A model generated the notes under the pieces. It saw only the letters and a program-made list of their open reading frames with translations. It was not told where the DNA came from and did not search any database. DNA of 63,851 nucleotides, the filler included, from Octopus bimaculoides (taxonomy: Eukaryota): NCBI RefSeq assembly GCF_001194135.2. It is 4 parts of 3 records of this genome, joined end to end, with 100 filler letters (N's around TTAATTAATTAA, not from the genome) between each part and the next. Parts side by side here need not be neighbours in the genome. Positions count along the whole stretch, not along the records: positions 39,781 to 61,722 come from NC_068982.1; positions 61,823 to 63,851 come from NC_068983.1; 2 more parts are not named here. One strand, given 5' to 3'. A program made the translations under genes and the position numbers. Shown here piece after piece: positions 49,930-62,863 of the stretch (positions are counted from its first letter, which is position 1; the number at the start of each line of letters is the position of its first letter).

Positions 49930-50330
49930 TGTGCAAGACCATAGTCTGTCTTCCTTTCTCCTTTGTTTATGGTGTGCATAATGATTTATTTTCACTTATC
50001 GTTTGGAACATTTCAACGGGAAAAAAAATAAAAAGGAAATACACTAGTTTTGTGTCATTGAAAAGGCCTGTGATTTTGACTTGTTTCCCCACAATTTTGA
50101 GGAGAAATAATTTTTGAATGCTTGCTCCATTGTGTTTCAGAAATAAATTCATTCTTGCTTTCAATATCACTGTTGGAGTTACTACCTCTATCGGAAATTG
50201 AAATATTCAACTCGACATGCAACACTTGGTTATGCTTGTTGTACATTTTCATTTGCTGCTACTTCTTCTTTTTTCGAAAATCATTTAAATTCAGTTTCTA
50301 GTACTGAGCGTGATGCTAGTATCCGTTTGT
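49930..50330 (-). mobile_element. Probable piggyBac transposase N-terminal remnant
   Basis: An acidic stretch ISDRGSNSNSDIESKNEF...W followed, after a frameshift, by TGLFNDTKLVYFLFIFFPVEMFQTISEN. This resembles the YF..FF...M...I...TN start of the piggyBac DDE domain. Confidence 0.5.
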
Positions 50331-50779
50331 TTTAAGTGTAAAAGTTATAGAAAAGATACTGAAAATGGTGTGAAGGATGGGGGAAAATATCTCCTAAAAT
50401 TTGAAGAACATAAATTTTATGTTATAAAAATGTCAAATACTGTACAGCAAGTGATTATTTAATGAAATCATGTTATCACTAATATATTAATGAGACTTTA
50501 TGATGATATTCTCATTTAAATATGAATAATTAATTACTAGTGCTGTTGGACTGGTTAGTAATCTAGGAATGTGCAACACCTCATGTGGTATCAGATTTGG
50601 CAGGTAATGAAAATGTTAAGATATTCAGAGACTGGTGACAAAGAAGGTGTGACCACAGCAGTTTGGTATCAAAAGAATTATTGTAAACGCGTTTAACTTG
50701 TTATTTTAAATACAATGTTAAACCATATTAATTTGCATTGATAATTTGCCATGCAGTTTTAGGGGAGTGGTTTAGCATG

Positions 50780-51245
50780 TAACCACATGAGTTGAATCAT
50801 CATCATCATGCTCATCATATGTTCACATTTCCGTGCGTGAGAAGACCCGGCAAGCCAAGTGAGATCGTTGCCAGGGCCCCTGGACTGGCTCTTGTGCGGG
50901 TGGCACATAAGATGTACCATCCTGAGCGTGACCGTTGCCAGTACCGCCTGACTGGCCTTGTAGGGTTTTTGAGCGAGATCGTTGCCAGTGCCCCTAGACT
51001 GGCTCTTGTGCGGGTGGCACATAAAAGACACCATTTCGAGCGTGGCCGTTTTCGTGCGGGTGACACGTAAAAGCACCCACTACTCTCTCTGAGTGTTTGG
51101 AAGGGCATCCAGCTGTAGAAACTCTGCCAAATTAGATTGGAGCCTGGTGTAGCCATCCGGTTGCACTAGTCCTCAGTCAAATCGTCCAACCTATGCTAGC
51201 ATGGAAAGCGGACATTTAAACGATGATGATGATGATGATGATGAT
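50780..51245 (+). mobile_element. Family-4 GC-rich repeat with internal subrepeats and a (GAT)n tail
   Basis: Reverse-complement match to 25844-26190; GAGATCGTTGCCAG.GCCCCT.GACTGGCTCTTGTGCGGGTGGCACATAA occurs twice. Confidence 0.8.
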
Positions 51246-51492
51246 GGATCAGATAGAATTTGTTGAGGCAGATTTTCTATGGCTGGGTGCCTTTCCTGTT
51301 ACCAACTGTTACCTGTTTCCAAGCAAAATATTTTTCCATTACCAGACATGTTTTTCACAGAAGACTGGAAATAAACCACCTCACTTCTATGACAGTGATG
51401 CTCATTTACAACCATCACATGATGTCCAGACAAAGTTGCACACAAATTCCCACTACCACACGCACAAACACCCTAGGCTTATGTCAGTTTCT

Positions 51493-51717
51493 TCTTTATT
51501 GCCCACAAGGGGCTAAACATAGAGGAGACAAACAAGGACGACAAAGGGATTAAGTCGATTACATTGACCCCAGTGCGTAACTGGTACTTTATTTCTCAAC
51601 CCCGAAAGGATGAAAGGCAAAGTCGACCTCGGCGGAATTTGAATTCAGAACGCAGCAGTGGACGAAATACCACAAAGCATTTCACCCTGCGTGCTAACAT
51701 TTCTGCCGGCTCGCCGC
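51493..51717 (-). mobile_element. Young full-length family-3 (Nin-like) SINE with a 15-bp TSD
   Basis: CTTATGTCAGTTTCT at 51478-51492 and 51718-51732; CpG-rich tRNA-like head retained. Confidence 0.9.
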
Positions 51718-52492
51718 CTTATGTCAGTTTCTGCTAGGCTTATGTCACTTTCTGCTGACTAAATCACTTGCAAAGCTTTGGTCATCCCAGCAATATAGTA
51801 GAAGATACTTGCCCAAGATGCTGTGCAGTGGGGCTGAACCCAAGACCACATGGTTGAGAAGCAAGCTTCTCAACCGCACAGCCACACCTGCATCTATGAA
51901 ACATTAAGGACAAATGATGGCACTCGGTTATGATGAAAATGAATAATGAGTTTGTGATAGTGAAAGCTAAGCAGAGGAATGGCAAAAAAAGAATCTTGTT
52001 TGTTGTCAGTAAGATGATGTTGAATTAAGATCTAAAGAAACTGGGTGACAAAGATGAGATGATACTTGATAAAAACCAATCAAACCAATTCTTTCAGCAT
52101 TCACATTGTTCTGTCAAAATTAATACCTATTCATTCACATGATTTTGAATTAATCTTACAGTATCTTGTAATTTTGAGATTTTGATGAGGTAACTGTTAA
52201 TTTTTAGAATGATATTGTAAGGCTGGTGTGAGAGGCCAGAGCTGGCCATTTTGAACATAAAAGAGAATATGTTGGCTGGATATGGTAGGTTTGAATGCTA
52301 AAGGCTTAATTACCAGAATTAGTCTTAAGTTTAAGCTTCCTATGCAAACTTAAACTGCTCCTCTGACTTAACACTACCACCAGGCATCATGGGTGTTTTG
52401 AGTGGGGAGGGGGGCACTCTAATGCAAGAATTCGATCCAGGTCTCTACTTTGAGGATACATTTTTCTCACTAATCTCAGCTGCCCTCTAAAG

Positions 52493-53137
52493 CAGGGATA
52501 CCCAACTACTGGGCTGAACACAAAAAAATAAATTTTAAAATTGTATTTCTCTTTTATTGACTATTGCTGTCTATTGGGTGTTTTTGCATTGTATCTTCAT
52601 CACCATTTAATGTCTGTGTTCCATGCTGGCATGGATTGAATGGTTTGACAGAATCCAATGAGTAGGGGGGAAATGTTGGTTCATGGGATGGGGTGTTAAA
52701 TTGATGTAATGTTGGTGGAAAGCACAATACAAGGAGGGTGCTTAAAAGTTCCTGGCTTTAAGGGAATTTCAAAAGGCCTGGTTCGAGGCTCAACCTTCTG
52801 AGTTCTTTTACAGGGCTTAGAAAAACTGAAGGATTGCTTGTATACAACAGGCATAGCACTTACAGGACTAAGTTTTGCTGAGAGGGCAAGTTTTTTCAAA
52901 AACCTCATATCACTAGAAATCTTGGGCCATTGTCATCTCTTCCATGAGTTTCGGGGTCCTAAGGTCAGCCTTCGGTTGCCCTCTTCCCCAAGTTCCAGCC
53001 ACATTAAGTGATTGCCACTTCTTAAACAGCTGTCCTAATTCATTTGTTAGGCACTTAATTATTATGTCCTGGTCCAGGGGAAATATTGTCTTGCACTGGA
53101 ATTTGTCCTTGGTGCAAAAGTAGGTTGGAGACCACTG
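52493..53137. mobile_element. Degenerate hAT-like MITE carrying nested fragments, including a mariner-like piece at about 52729-52835
   Basis: Ends CAGGGATACCCAAC / GTTGGAGACCACTG; 8-bp flanks CTCTAAAG / CTGTGAAG. Confidence 0.45.
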
Positions 53138-53701
53138 CTGTGAAGAATCATATACACTACTTTGCTTCCTAGCTAAAAGATATTAAAAAAAAAATACTAA
53201 CATGAAAATTTAAAGACAGAAAAAACGTAAATGAAAAGCACTCAGTTTTTCTAACCTTTGTTTTCTGGAACAGTGAATGTTGTTGTGTCTTTAGAATTTC
53301 TATATTGGCAGCACTAGTCATGGGAAGCATTCTCAAGTTATTCTTGTGATAAAATGAAATACAATAAAAATTACTTCCTTATTGTAAATAGCTATTTTTG
53401 TGAAAAACAAAGTAGTTAACTTATTTTGTTTCTTGTATCTCTTCACTGTGCATTGGTGTTTTTTCTAAGTTTTATCATATCTAATATAAATTCTCATATC
53501 TTTGTTTAGTTTTCATTGACATTTATTTACACTGCCTTGTGTTTTTTTTTTTAACGCTTATTTTTAATTTTCCATTTTTTTTTTTCTGAAAGTTTTGTTT
53601 GTAAAATTCTTCTTTTGGTTTTACATCCTCAATATTTTCATATTTCATTATATTTAGAGTCTCTTTCCACTTTCACTCTTCCTACCTCTTGATTATTATT
53701 G

Positions 53702-53755
<54 letters not shown>

Positions 53756-54389
53756 GTATCTGTGTATTTTGCTATAGTCTTTAGAATCTCATAGGGATAA
53801 CTTGTTCTAAATTGGATAAAAAAATAAAAATAAAATTAACATAGCTGAACTAAATTGCATTTATTCAAAGATTTTCTCCATAATGTTTAAAATCTTTTGA
53901 AGAAATATATATATATATATATATAAATATATGTAAATGTTGAACAACAAGAATGGAGTGCTCAACACCATATTAGTGGATAAAATTTCTATATTTGTGT
54001 ATTAAGGCTACCATTGGTTACATGTCAAGAAAAACATCTTTATAGTTTCACAATCTTTCGAGTTGATCACATGAAGGAATGGCGTTCATCTCCATTTTGT
54101 ATGAAAACACAAAACGTTTTAGGTTTTCATTCAAAATCTAGAAGAACACCGTTCCTCCATGTGATTGGTTTGAAAAATTGTTAAGATATTAAGATATTTT
54201 TCCTAACATGAAACCAATGGTAAATTTAAAACACACGCATATGTATACATATGAGTTTGTGTGAATGCTTCTTCTAATAAATGCACCAAATTTAAAGAAT
54301 GGATGCATGTAAAATGCATGTTAAATGGCAAATAAAAATGCACACATTTTGTGTTATGCTAAAGAGTAGTGCATAGTATTAGAATTTTT

Positions 54390-54434
54390 GACTCTGATGA
54401 AATATAATAAATTACTCCAAACTGCTGTAGGAGT
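54390..54434 (+). ncRNA. Degenerate hammerhead-like motif
   Basis: CTGATGA at 54394-54400, then CAAAC-TGCT-GTA-GGAGT (compare GAAACAGCTGTA); G12 is substituted and stem II eroded. Confidence 0.3.
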
Positions 54435-54677
54435 ATCTGCATAAGTGGAGTCAAGACTGGCTAGTTTGTACTGGCATCGAGTTGTACTGGTTGTAATAAT
54501 GAAAACAGATCGAATAGTGCCATTTTGAAATCATGAAGTTTTTGAAATGCTTTAACTGAGGAAGGTTTATGTAATGGATGCATTTGATATTATATATTAC
54601 ACAAACCTGAAATGTATGCATCAAATCAAATGGTTTTCAAAACATCACTATTTAGTTTGATTTCATTAGTACGACTA

Positions 54678-54760
54678 TATACATACATACATACATACAT
54701 ACATACATACATACATACATACATACATACATACATACATACATAGATACATACATACAT
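54678..54760. repeat. (CATA)n microsatellite
   Basis: Directly visible. Confidence 0.95.
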
Positions 54761-54949
54761 GCATGCATGCATCCATGTATGTAAGTTAAAAGTATATTGC
54801 TCTCTTTGTCTCTCCCTATACTTTGGACAAACTGGCTGACGTTTGCTGTCCATTTTGCGAAACACCTCTAGACATTAGACTCAATAATGACGCTGCTTAA
54901 CTTCTACACCACATACATCTCCTTTACACCAGTGAACTCCTTACCTAAA

Positions 54950-54984
<35 letters not shown>

Positions 54985-55979
54985 ACACAATCCTTCTTAC
55001 TTCACACACTAGCACACATTTCCACTATAGTCCCCTTGCTACCCATCTTCACATTTATAGTGGCAAGTACACACAGATACACTTGCACTTCCCAACACCT
55101 ACTACATTCATTACCAGTGCCTCTCTTCAATATGATGCACATAACATCCTCATACACATACACAAACACAAAACAGCACGCACGCATACATACATTTACA
55201 TGCACAAACACATACAGCATACCTGTACATTATACTTTCATACATACACGTCCTCTTTCACACATGCTTAATTGCTTCACACACATACACAGAAGCATCA
55301 TATGTCCATAGATGCAAAACAAGGATGCACACATGTCTGGTAGCTTCATATACATGTACATCAGCAGAAAGCAATGAGACACATATACACACTCAAACTA
55401 ATAGAGTATATATGTATACATGAGGAAACACTTGTCTTCTCTGCTATTCATCCCTCAAGTTACCTCTCATAGTTGTCCCCCTTGTGACTCATGTCTCATG
55501 TAACCCCTTCCTCTTCTGGTCATTTCTGCATGCAGTGACCATCTAAGTCAAACACATTTGTTCTTTACTGTCGCCATGTTTTTCTCTTCTCATGTATTCT
55601 TTCTGCACAAGAGTCTGTGCTTGAAACGTAAAAGACTTTTCCTAAGCATACAGCAAATACGCTCTGTTTGCTTGTTTTTTTGTTTTTTTTTTACCTCATC
55701 TTCATGTTATTTATAATTTCTGCAAAACACACACACACTCACATATTATTACATATACATGTTTTATATATTATACATTATATAGACATATGTATAAATC
55801 TAGGTGTGCATATGTATTTATATATATATATCTGTTTATATACATACATATAGATATTTAAATTTATCTGTTTTTGTATATATATATATATATGTTTATG
55901 TATATGTGTGTGTGTGTATATATATACATATATATATAGTCAAAAAGATGCATAGATACATATATTTTTTTTTGTGTGT

Positions 55980-56014
<35 letters not shown>

Positions 56015-56399
56015 TGTATTCATACGTGTTCATATATATGTTTATATACATAAAAAGATCTATATACCTGAACTACGAAAAAGACAGTTATGGCTTGAAG
56101 GTATATTTAACTTCATCACTGTTTGATGTCACATTTTATGCCACTCCTTGCTATTTTCACCAATGTTATTTTCTTGTTCCTTCCTCCTATACTATGTTCT
56201 ATTGTTTTGCTATATGTTTTGTTTCGGCAGATAACCCCATTGAGTCATGCACGTTATCTCGAATTAGTTTTATTAATTTCCTTTTGTTCTTTATGAAAAA
56301 TCTTCCACTGTGTTTGTTTTACCTAGTGTGAGAGTGTTTGTTATATATATATATGTATATATCTGTGTGTGTGTGTGCACATGTTTGCATGTATGTATG

Positions 56400-56442
<43 letters not shown>

Positions 56443-56649
56443 NNNNNNNNNNNNNNNNNNNNNNNNNNNNNNNNNNNNNNNNNNNNNNNNNNNNNNNNNN
56501 NNNNNNNNNNNNNNNNNNNNNNNNNNNNNNNNNNNNNNNNNNNNNNNNNNNNNNNNNNNNNNNNNNNNNNNNNNNNNNNNNNNNNNNNNNNNNNNNNNNN
56601 NNNNNNNNNNNNNNNNNNNNNNNNNNNNNNNNNNNNNNNNNNNNNNNNN

Positions 56650-56733
56650 CTATTGTGAAACAGTGGTTAGGGATAGAATATAGTCTCACCGTCATTCTGA
56701 AAATCCAGGAACTGCAATTGTGGAGAGTATGTA
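56650..56733 (+). repeat. 84-bp exact direct duplicate of 57230-57313
   Basis: Base-for-base identity by eye; the first copy starts immediately after an N gap. Confidence 0.9.
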
Positions 56734-57543
56734 CATATATAAATGTGTGTGTTTGTGTTTATACATGTAAATACATGCATATATATATATATATATATAT
56801 ATATAGATAGATAGATAGATATTTATATGTTATTTTCTACAATATGATTGAGGAGGAAATCCCTCAGGGAAGCATTCTGCATACTAATTACAAATGTATG
56901 ATAATAGGGTCTCGCATCTGAGATTTAATGATTTTGAAGATTTCTGGTGCACTGAGATTATCTATGTAATTGACAGTCACAAAAAAGAAAATAATCAAAT
57001 GTATAAACAACTCTAGAAATCATGCAAGGGAGTTAACTCCATTTAAATTACCTATTAGCTATTTCTGGGCAGTTTCCATGAGCAGTATTACTGATAATCA
57101 CTATGAGTATTACTCCATTGACTCTGTCTGTCTGTGTCTTTCTCTGATTATATATACATATATAACAAGAATAGATATTCACTGAATGAAAACAGAGCTC
57201 ACTCTGAGCTTGTCTTCCCTTATGAGTTGCTATTGTGAAACAGTGGTTAGGGATAGAATATAGTCTCACCGTCATTCTGAAAATCCAGGAACTGCAATTG
57301 TGGAGAGTATGTATAAAAATTGATCAGATAATAGAAGCAAAGTGAGAGAATAGACATTTATTCTATTTGTCGACAGCTGTTTCATAATCTGAAAGTTATA
57401 TAAGTGAAGTCGGTCCAATACACTTATTGTCTGTGACTAGAAAATGAAATGCTGTGTAGTCTGTTATATTATAGCACAGTTTATATTTATGTGTGTGTGA
57501 GTGTGTGTGTTTGTTTGTTTATGTGTGTGTGTATATATATATA

Positions 57544-58825
57544 CCGGGTGGGGCAGAGAGGACGGACGTTTTTGAAAAATTAACAAAATCATTAATTTTA
57601 GATGCAAACAAATTTTATTGACATCAATGTGTTTGTATTGAATTAGCATTTGTCAAAATCAAGTGTGGAAAACAACATCCATCATGTAATATCCGTTTTC
57701 ATTGATGCATTTCTGAAGGTGCTCTTGGAAGTTGGCCTCCACTCCAGCATTGCTCTGTCGAATTGGGTGACTTCTACATGAATAGCTTCCTTCAAATCAT
57801 CCAATGTATGGGACTTTTGTGCATACACACATGCTTTGAGATTTCCCTACAAGAAATAATCAAATATGGACAACTCAGGGGACTGAGGGGATCAAAGAAT
57901 GTCAGCAAATCTGGAAATGAGGCTGTCATTGAAGAGAGGGTAAAGAATGTCCATTGATGCTCTGGCTGTGTGGTCCATTGCCCCATCCTGCTGAAACCAC
58001 ACACATCGAATAGGCATATGTTTTTGTCATAAATCAGGCACAACAAAATTGTTTATCATCTTGGTGCAATGCTCGAAGTTCACAGTAGCAACGTTGCCAT
58101 TATTGTCTTCAAAAATGTAAGGACCAATGGTAGCAGCTTTTCCAACATCACATCAGATCGTCACTTTTGGTCTTTCATGCAGTTCTCTTGGATTTTCAAG
58201 AGCCCAGTAGTTCTGTTGATTCGCCATGCTATTGAGATGAAAATGAGGTTTATCACTCATTAACAAAATGAGGTTGTCATTTGCCTTAAAAATTGCTTCC
58301 ATCTGGCATGCGAAGTTAAGCCGCTGTGCATGGTCCCATGGTTTCAACTGTTGCCCAATGTTTGTAGGGGTGGAAATGCAGGTCTTTATGCAAAATACAC
58401 CTTACCAATTGATTACCGATGCTCAGTTCAGTGGAATACCTTTGAACAGAGTGATTCAGACTCTGTATCAAATTTTCCGGGGTCTGTACTGTTCGTGGTA
58501 CCGCCACCAGTCTCTTATTCATTAGTGTATCTTGTGTACAAAGTGCATTCACCCAATGTAAGATTGTGTTATAAGTGGGAACAACATGATTTTGGTGAAT
58601 GTTGAAGTAGCACCGAAACTCACACTGAACTGCTGTGACAGACTCGTTAGTCTTCACATAACTGTTGTAGACAAACATGCCATGCTCTATTGACCACAGT
58701 GTCATGGCTTCACCTGAAAAGAAAAAAAAATGCTAAGACACCATGAACCTGTTGAACATATGTCCCTCCCCCTTGGGCTGAGTAGTAGTCATTTCAAAAA
58801 TGTCCGTCCTCTCAGCTCTANNNNN
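57544..58825 (-). mobile_element. Full-length mariner-like transposon, DD41D (rosa-type) transposase pseudogene at 57659-58705
   Basis: TA|CCGGGTGGGGCAGAGAGGACGGACGTTTTTGAA at the left; the matching TTCAAAAATGTCCGTCCTCTCAGCTCTA at the right runs into a gap. WFQQDGA...SPQSPELSIFD has 41 residues between the two Asp; several Trp codons have become stops. Confidence 0.92.
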
Positions 58826-58830
58826 NNNNN

Positions 58831-58873
<43 letters not shown>

Positions 58874-59639
58874 CATGTATATTTATATTTTTTCATGACA
58901 AATGATGTAGCGCTGCTTACATATCTAACACAAGCTATGAAACAGCTGTCAACAAATAGAATAAATTATGTATTTTCTCTCAATGTGTATGTGTGTGTGT
59001 ATTTTCTATTTTAGTCATCAAACTGTGGCCATGATGGAGCACTACTATGAAGGGTTTAGTTCAATATATCAACCTCAGTGCATATCTTTTAAGTCTGGTA
59101 TCGAATGTATTGGTTTCTTTTGATAGACAACACCAGTTGTCAAGTGGTTGCAGGGACAGACACACCATAATACTTCTAAACTGATCGGTTATTTAAAGAA
59201 AATCTGTAGAGATAACCTTAATAACTGATGTAATAGCACTGCTAACACAGTAGAACACAGTATTGTCGTATAAAGACATTTAATATACTTTGTAGTATAT
59301 TATGGTTGAATAAAAAAGTAGGTGTCCCTACAGGTCATTTACAGTGTTTAGAATCTCATCTGAAATTACTTGTTTTTATACTTGAGTCAATAGTCATTGA
59401 CTTTGCTATATTTATGCTACTTCATGTTGTAATATTTTTTTTTCTGATTTTCAAACAATATAAGAACTTCAGAAATGCTTTTACTTTTTCGATGCTAAAC
59501 TGCTTGAGACATTTTCTGGTTTATATAACATCATTTAAAACGTTCATATCGAAATTAAATCATCTCTTATAATTTTATACCAGAAACTATTATGTTCTAG
59601 ACACTAGCTTAAGTAAAAAGTAGTTGTCATTCTTCCAAA

Positions 59640-59975
59640 TTCTTAATTAAAGACCACCTTCAGTCATGTATGACCATGGGATTGCACTTAGAAAGTTCCC
59701 TTCTGAGGCACAAGTCTGTCCCAGGTTGTTTGTGGAAGACCAGCAATAACCCATGCGTATTAGCCTCTTCTCTTCATGCCCAGTGATGTTGTCCAAGGGA
59801 AAGGTGAAAGCTTATTCAGTTTGGCATCAGTAATATTGCAGCTCATTTCTACAGGTGAGTGAGCTGGAACAGTATGAGGTAATGTGCCTTCTTCAAGAGC
59901 ACAACACACAGCCCAGTCTGGGAACTGAACTCTCAACTCCATGATTGTAAGCCTGATGCTCTAACCACTGAACCA
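59640..59975 (-). mobile_element. tRNA-derived SINE (further family), diverged
   Basis: Reverse-complement head GGCATATGGTTCAGTGGTTAGAGCATCAGGCTTACAATCATG...GTTCAGTTCCC; a related head lies at about 43155-43235 (+). Confidence 0.7.
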
Positions 59976-59994
59976 TATGCCTAGTTACTGATCA

Positions 59995-60260
59995 TGTAAA
60001 TTATCATCATACATCCAATCGGATGAATAGCCTGGGCCAGTGCAACGCTTCCGTACCAGACATCTCGATCGAGCAATGAGGCATGGACTGGGTTTTAGTT
60101 CCAGCGGTCTTTTGCTAGTTGAAATATCTCAGCTGTGTATATTACATCTATAGATCCTATCAGTTCTTCATTAACTGAACTAGTTGGTCCTGGCTGTTAA
60201 CAGTTTGTTGTCTGTTTATCTGTTCAGCATCTAGTGATATTTGCTATTGACCTTCATTGG
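59995..60260 (-). mobile_element. Possible RTE-like LINE 3' terminus
   Basis: Minus strand ...DQLVQLMKN...LLDRDVWYGSVALA followed by TGATGAT resembles the L...DR..W C-terminal motif with a short repeat tail. Confidence 0.4.
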
Positions 60261-61866
60261 TTGAAATATTTCATCCTCACATGTCCCATGCTTTGAATCA
60301 ATTAAATTATGAAATCCTGAATTATTTTGAAAATAAACTGAACCACACAAAAGGAGTTTACATTTAATATATCCCTCACTCCATTCTCCAAACTAATTAT
60401 TGACAAACTTAAAGGAAATGTGAAGAACGAAAGCTATACATTATTTTCGTTCTGTGTATGGTGCTATAGGTGTTTCTACTAAAACTATTAACCAATTCTT
60501 TTTTCTGCAAAATTTTCAATTTAATTCTAAAGAAATTGTTTTATTTTGGAAATTTTAAAATTGCTTTTGATTTTTGTCTTAAAAAATACTTCTATATTTT
60601 GTATGCAAAATATATCTCATTATTACTATCATTATCATTCTAAGATTGACTTGGCTTTTCATCCTTTCTGGGTCATTAGAATAAATGTATCAGTAAATGA
60701 CTTAACTCCCTACCCCAAATTCCTGGCCTTGTGCCAAAATTTGAAACTATTATCATTATCATTGTTACCATTGATGACTGATCTTATGTTGATTTTTTTT
60801 TCTTTGAGAAAGTCAATATTGGTTGATGTAATTGACTAACCCACTCACCAACCCAAATTTCTGACCATGTGCCCATTTGAGGTCTATATTTAACTGCTTC
60901 CCTTCTTCCAAATATCAAGCCTTGTATCTACATAGGAAATATTATTATTATCCGGGTAGCGAATTGGCAGAAACATTAGTGTGCCAGCCAAGATGCTTAG
61001 CAGCATTTAGTCTATCTTTATGTTCTGAGTTCAAATGCTGCTGAGTTTGACTTCGCCTTTTTTTGTCCTTTCATGGTTAATGAAATAAATACTATTTGAG
61101 CAGTTGGATTGAAGTAATTGGTTAGCCCTCTCCCTCAAAACTTCAGGCCTTGTGTCTAAATAGACAGGGTTTATAATAATAATAATAATAATAATAATTA
61201 TTATTATTATTATTCACACATGATAGTGTGTGAATAATATTCTTATGGTCAACATTTACCCACCCATGACCACTTCTAGACTTTGTCACTAACTCAGTTG
61301 CTAACCAAATTAGATGATGTTTACATTTTTAGATTGGTCACATTCTTAGCTACATTTTCGGCTATAAATTTTGAAAATTGCTTTGGTAGAAAAAAAAAAG
61401 TTTGAGTCAAATATGTGAGGTCAAAGATGGGAGAGTAACTCCTGGAATCAACTTTGACTCCTAATATATTTTTTTTTTCTAAAAGAGATCTATATTTTAT
61501 TTTAGCTTATATGATAGATCTTGGTGAGAGGAATCTATCCATATTACTTATATGCAAAAATATTCTGTAGTGAAAAAGTATGGAGGTAAATATTGATGAA
61601 AAAATGACATTTTTTAAATTAAAATACATTATATTAGGTAAATTTGAGATAATTTTATTTATTATGAGAATCTAAAAAACAAGTAAATCCTAAAAACATG
61701 TTACACAAATAACCAAAAATAANNNNNNNNNNNNNNNNNNNNNNNNNNNNNNNNNNNNNNNNNNNNTTAATTAATTAANNNNNNNNNNNNNNNNNNNNNN
61801 NNNNNNNNNNNNNNNNNNNNNNACACACACACACACACACACATATATAGGTATATATATGTATTC

Positions 61867-61898
<32 letters not shown>

Positions 61899-62832
61899 CT
61901 GTATGTATGTACATATGTAAAACTAGATATATGCATATCTATCTATCTATCTATCTATATATATATATATATATATTTACACATGTATGTATGCTTGTAT
62001 ATATAAATTATTCATACTTAATTATGAATGGGTGTAGGTTGTGTCTATACTTGAACACACTGGTTTATAATTTGCCATTTCTAAATTAATTTCCAGTGTG
62101 TACATGACATTCAAACACACACACAAACAAGCATTTGCTATAGATGACATATATAAACTATCAAAAAACAAAAACGCAAAAGACACATAAATGCACAGAA
62201 CCTATTATACAAAATCACATACATTAATGCACACACTGACACAAGCTCTTTCAATAATGCCTTCAGCTTTTATTATTAACCCTTGCTTTATTCATTTTTT
62301 CTTCTTCATCCAGTTCTGTGTATTATTTCCATCAATCAGCTACCAAACTGTAGTAATTTAAGGGAAATTTGACTATTATTTTCTGATTCCATTTTTTTTT
62401 TCCACTTTGTTACTATTTTTTTTTTTTTTATTTACCAATATCTCTTCTAATCTCATATCTGATGAACAGCCATATATAAACCAAAGCAATGAATTTATGA
62501 GCAAATAGTTTTATCTGTCCTAATGACTCATATTAGCTAATGTATTATAATGGATTAGAATATATCATTGTACTTTATAATGCATTTGCTTGGATTCCAA
62601 TCACATTTCTCTGCAATTGAAGATTAACTTTTTCTTTATAACAATGATGATGGTGATGATAACAATAGTAATGATGATAATAATAATAATAATAAAAACA
62701 ACAACAACACTGATTATTATGATTATCATCATTATCATTATTATAATTATAATAAAAATAATGTAAAAACAACACTTCTTACATTTATTACTTATATATG
62801 CATATATTCTACTATGTTTATCTCTATCTAGT

Positions 62833-62863
<31 letters not shown>

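Noticed and set aside
61209-61238. 12-bp hairpin ATTATTCACACA/TGTGTGAATAAT
   Set aside because: Built largely from low-complexity flanks; not distinguishable from chance.
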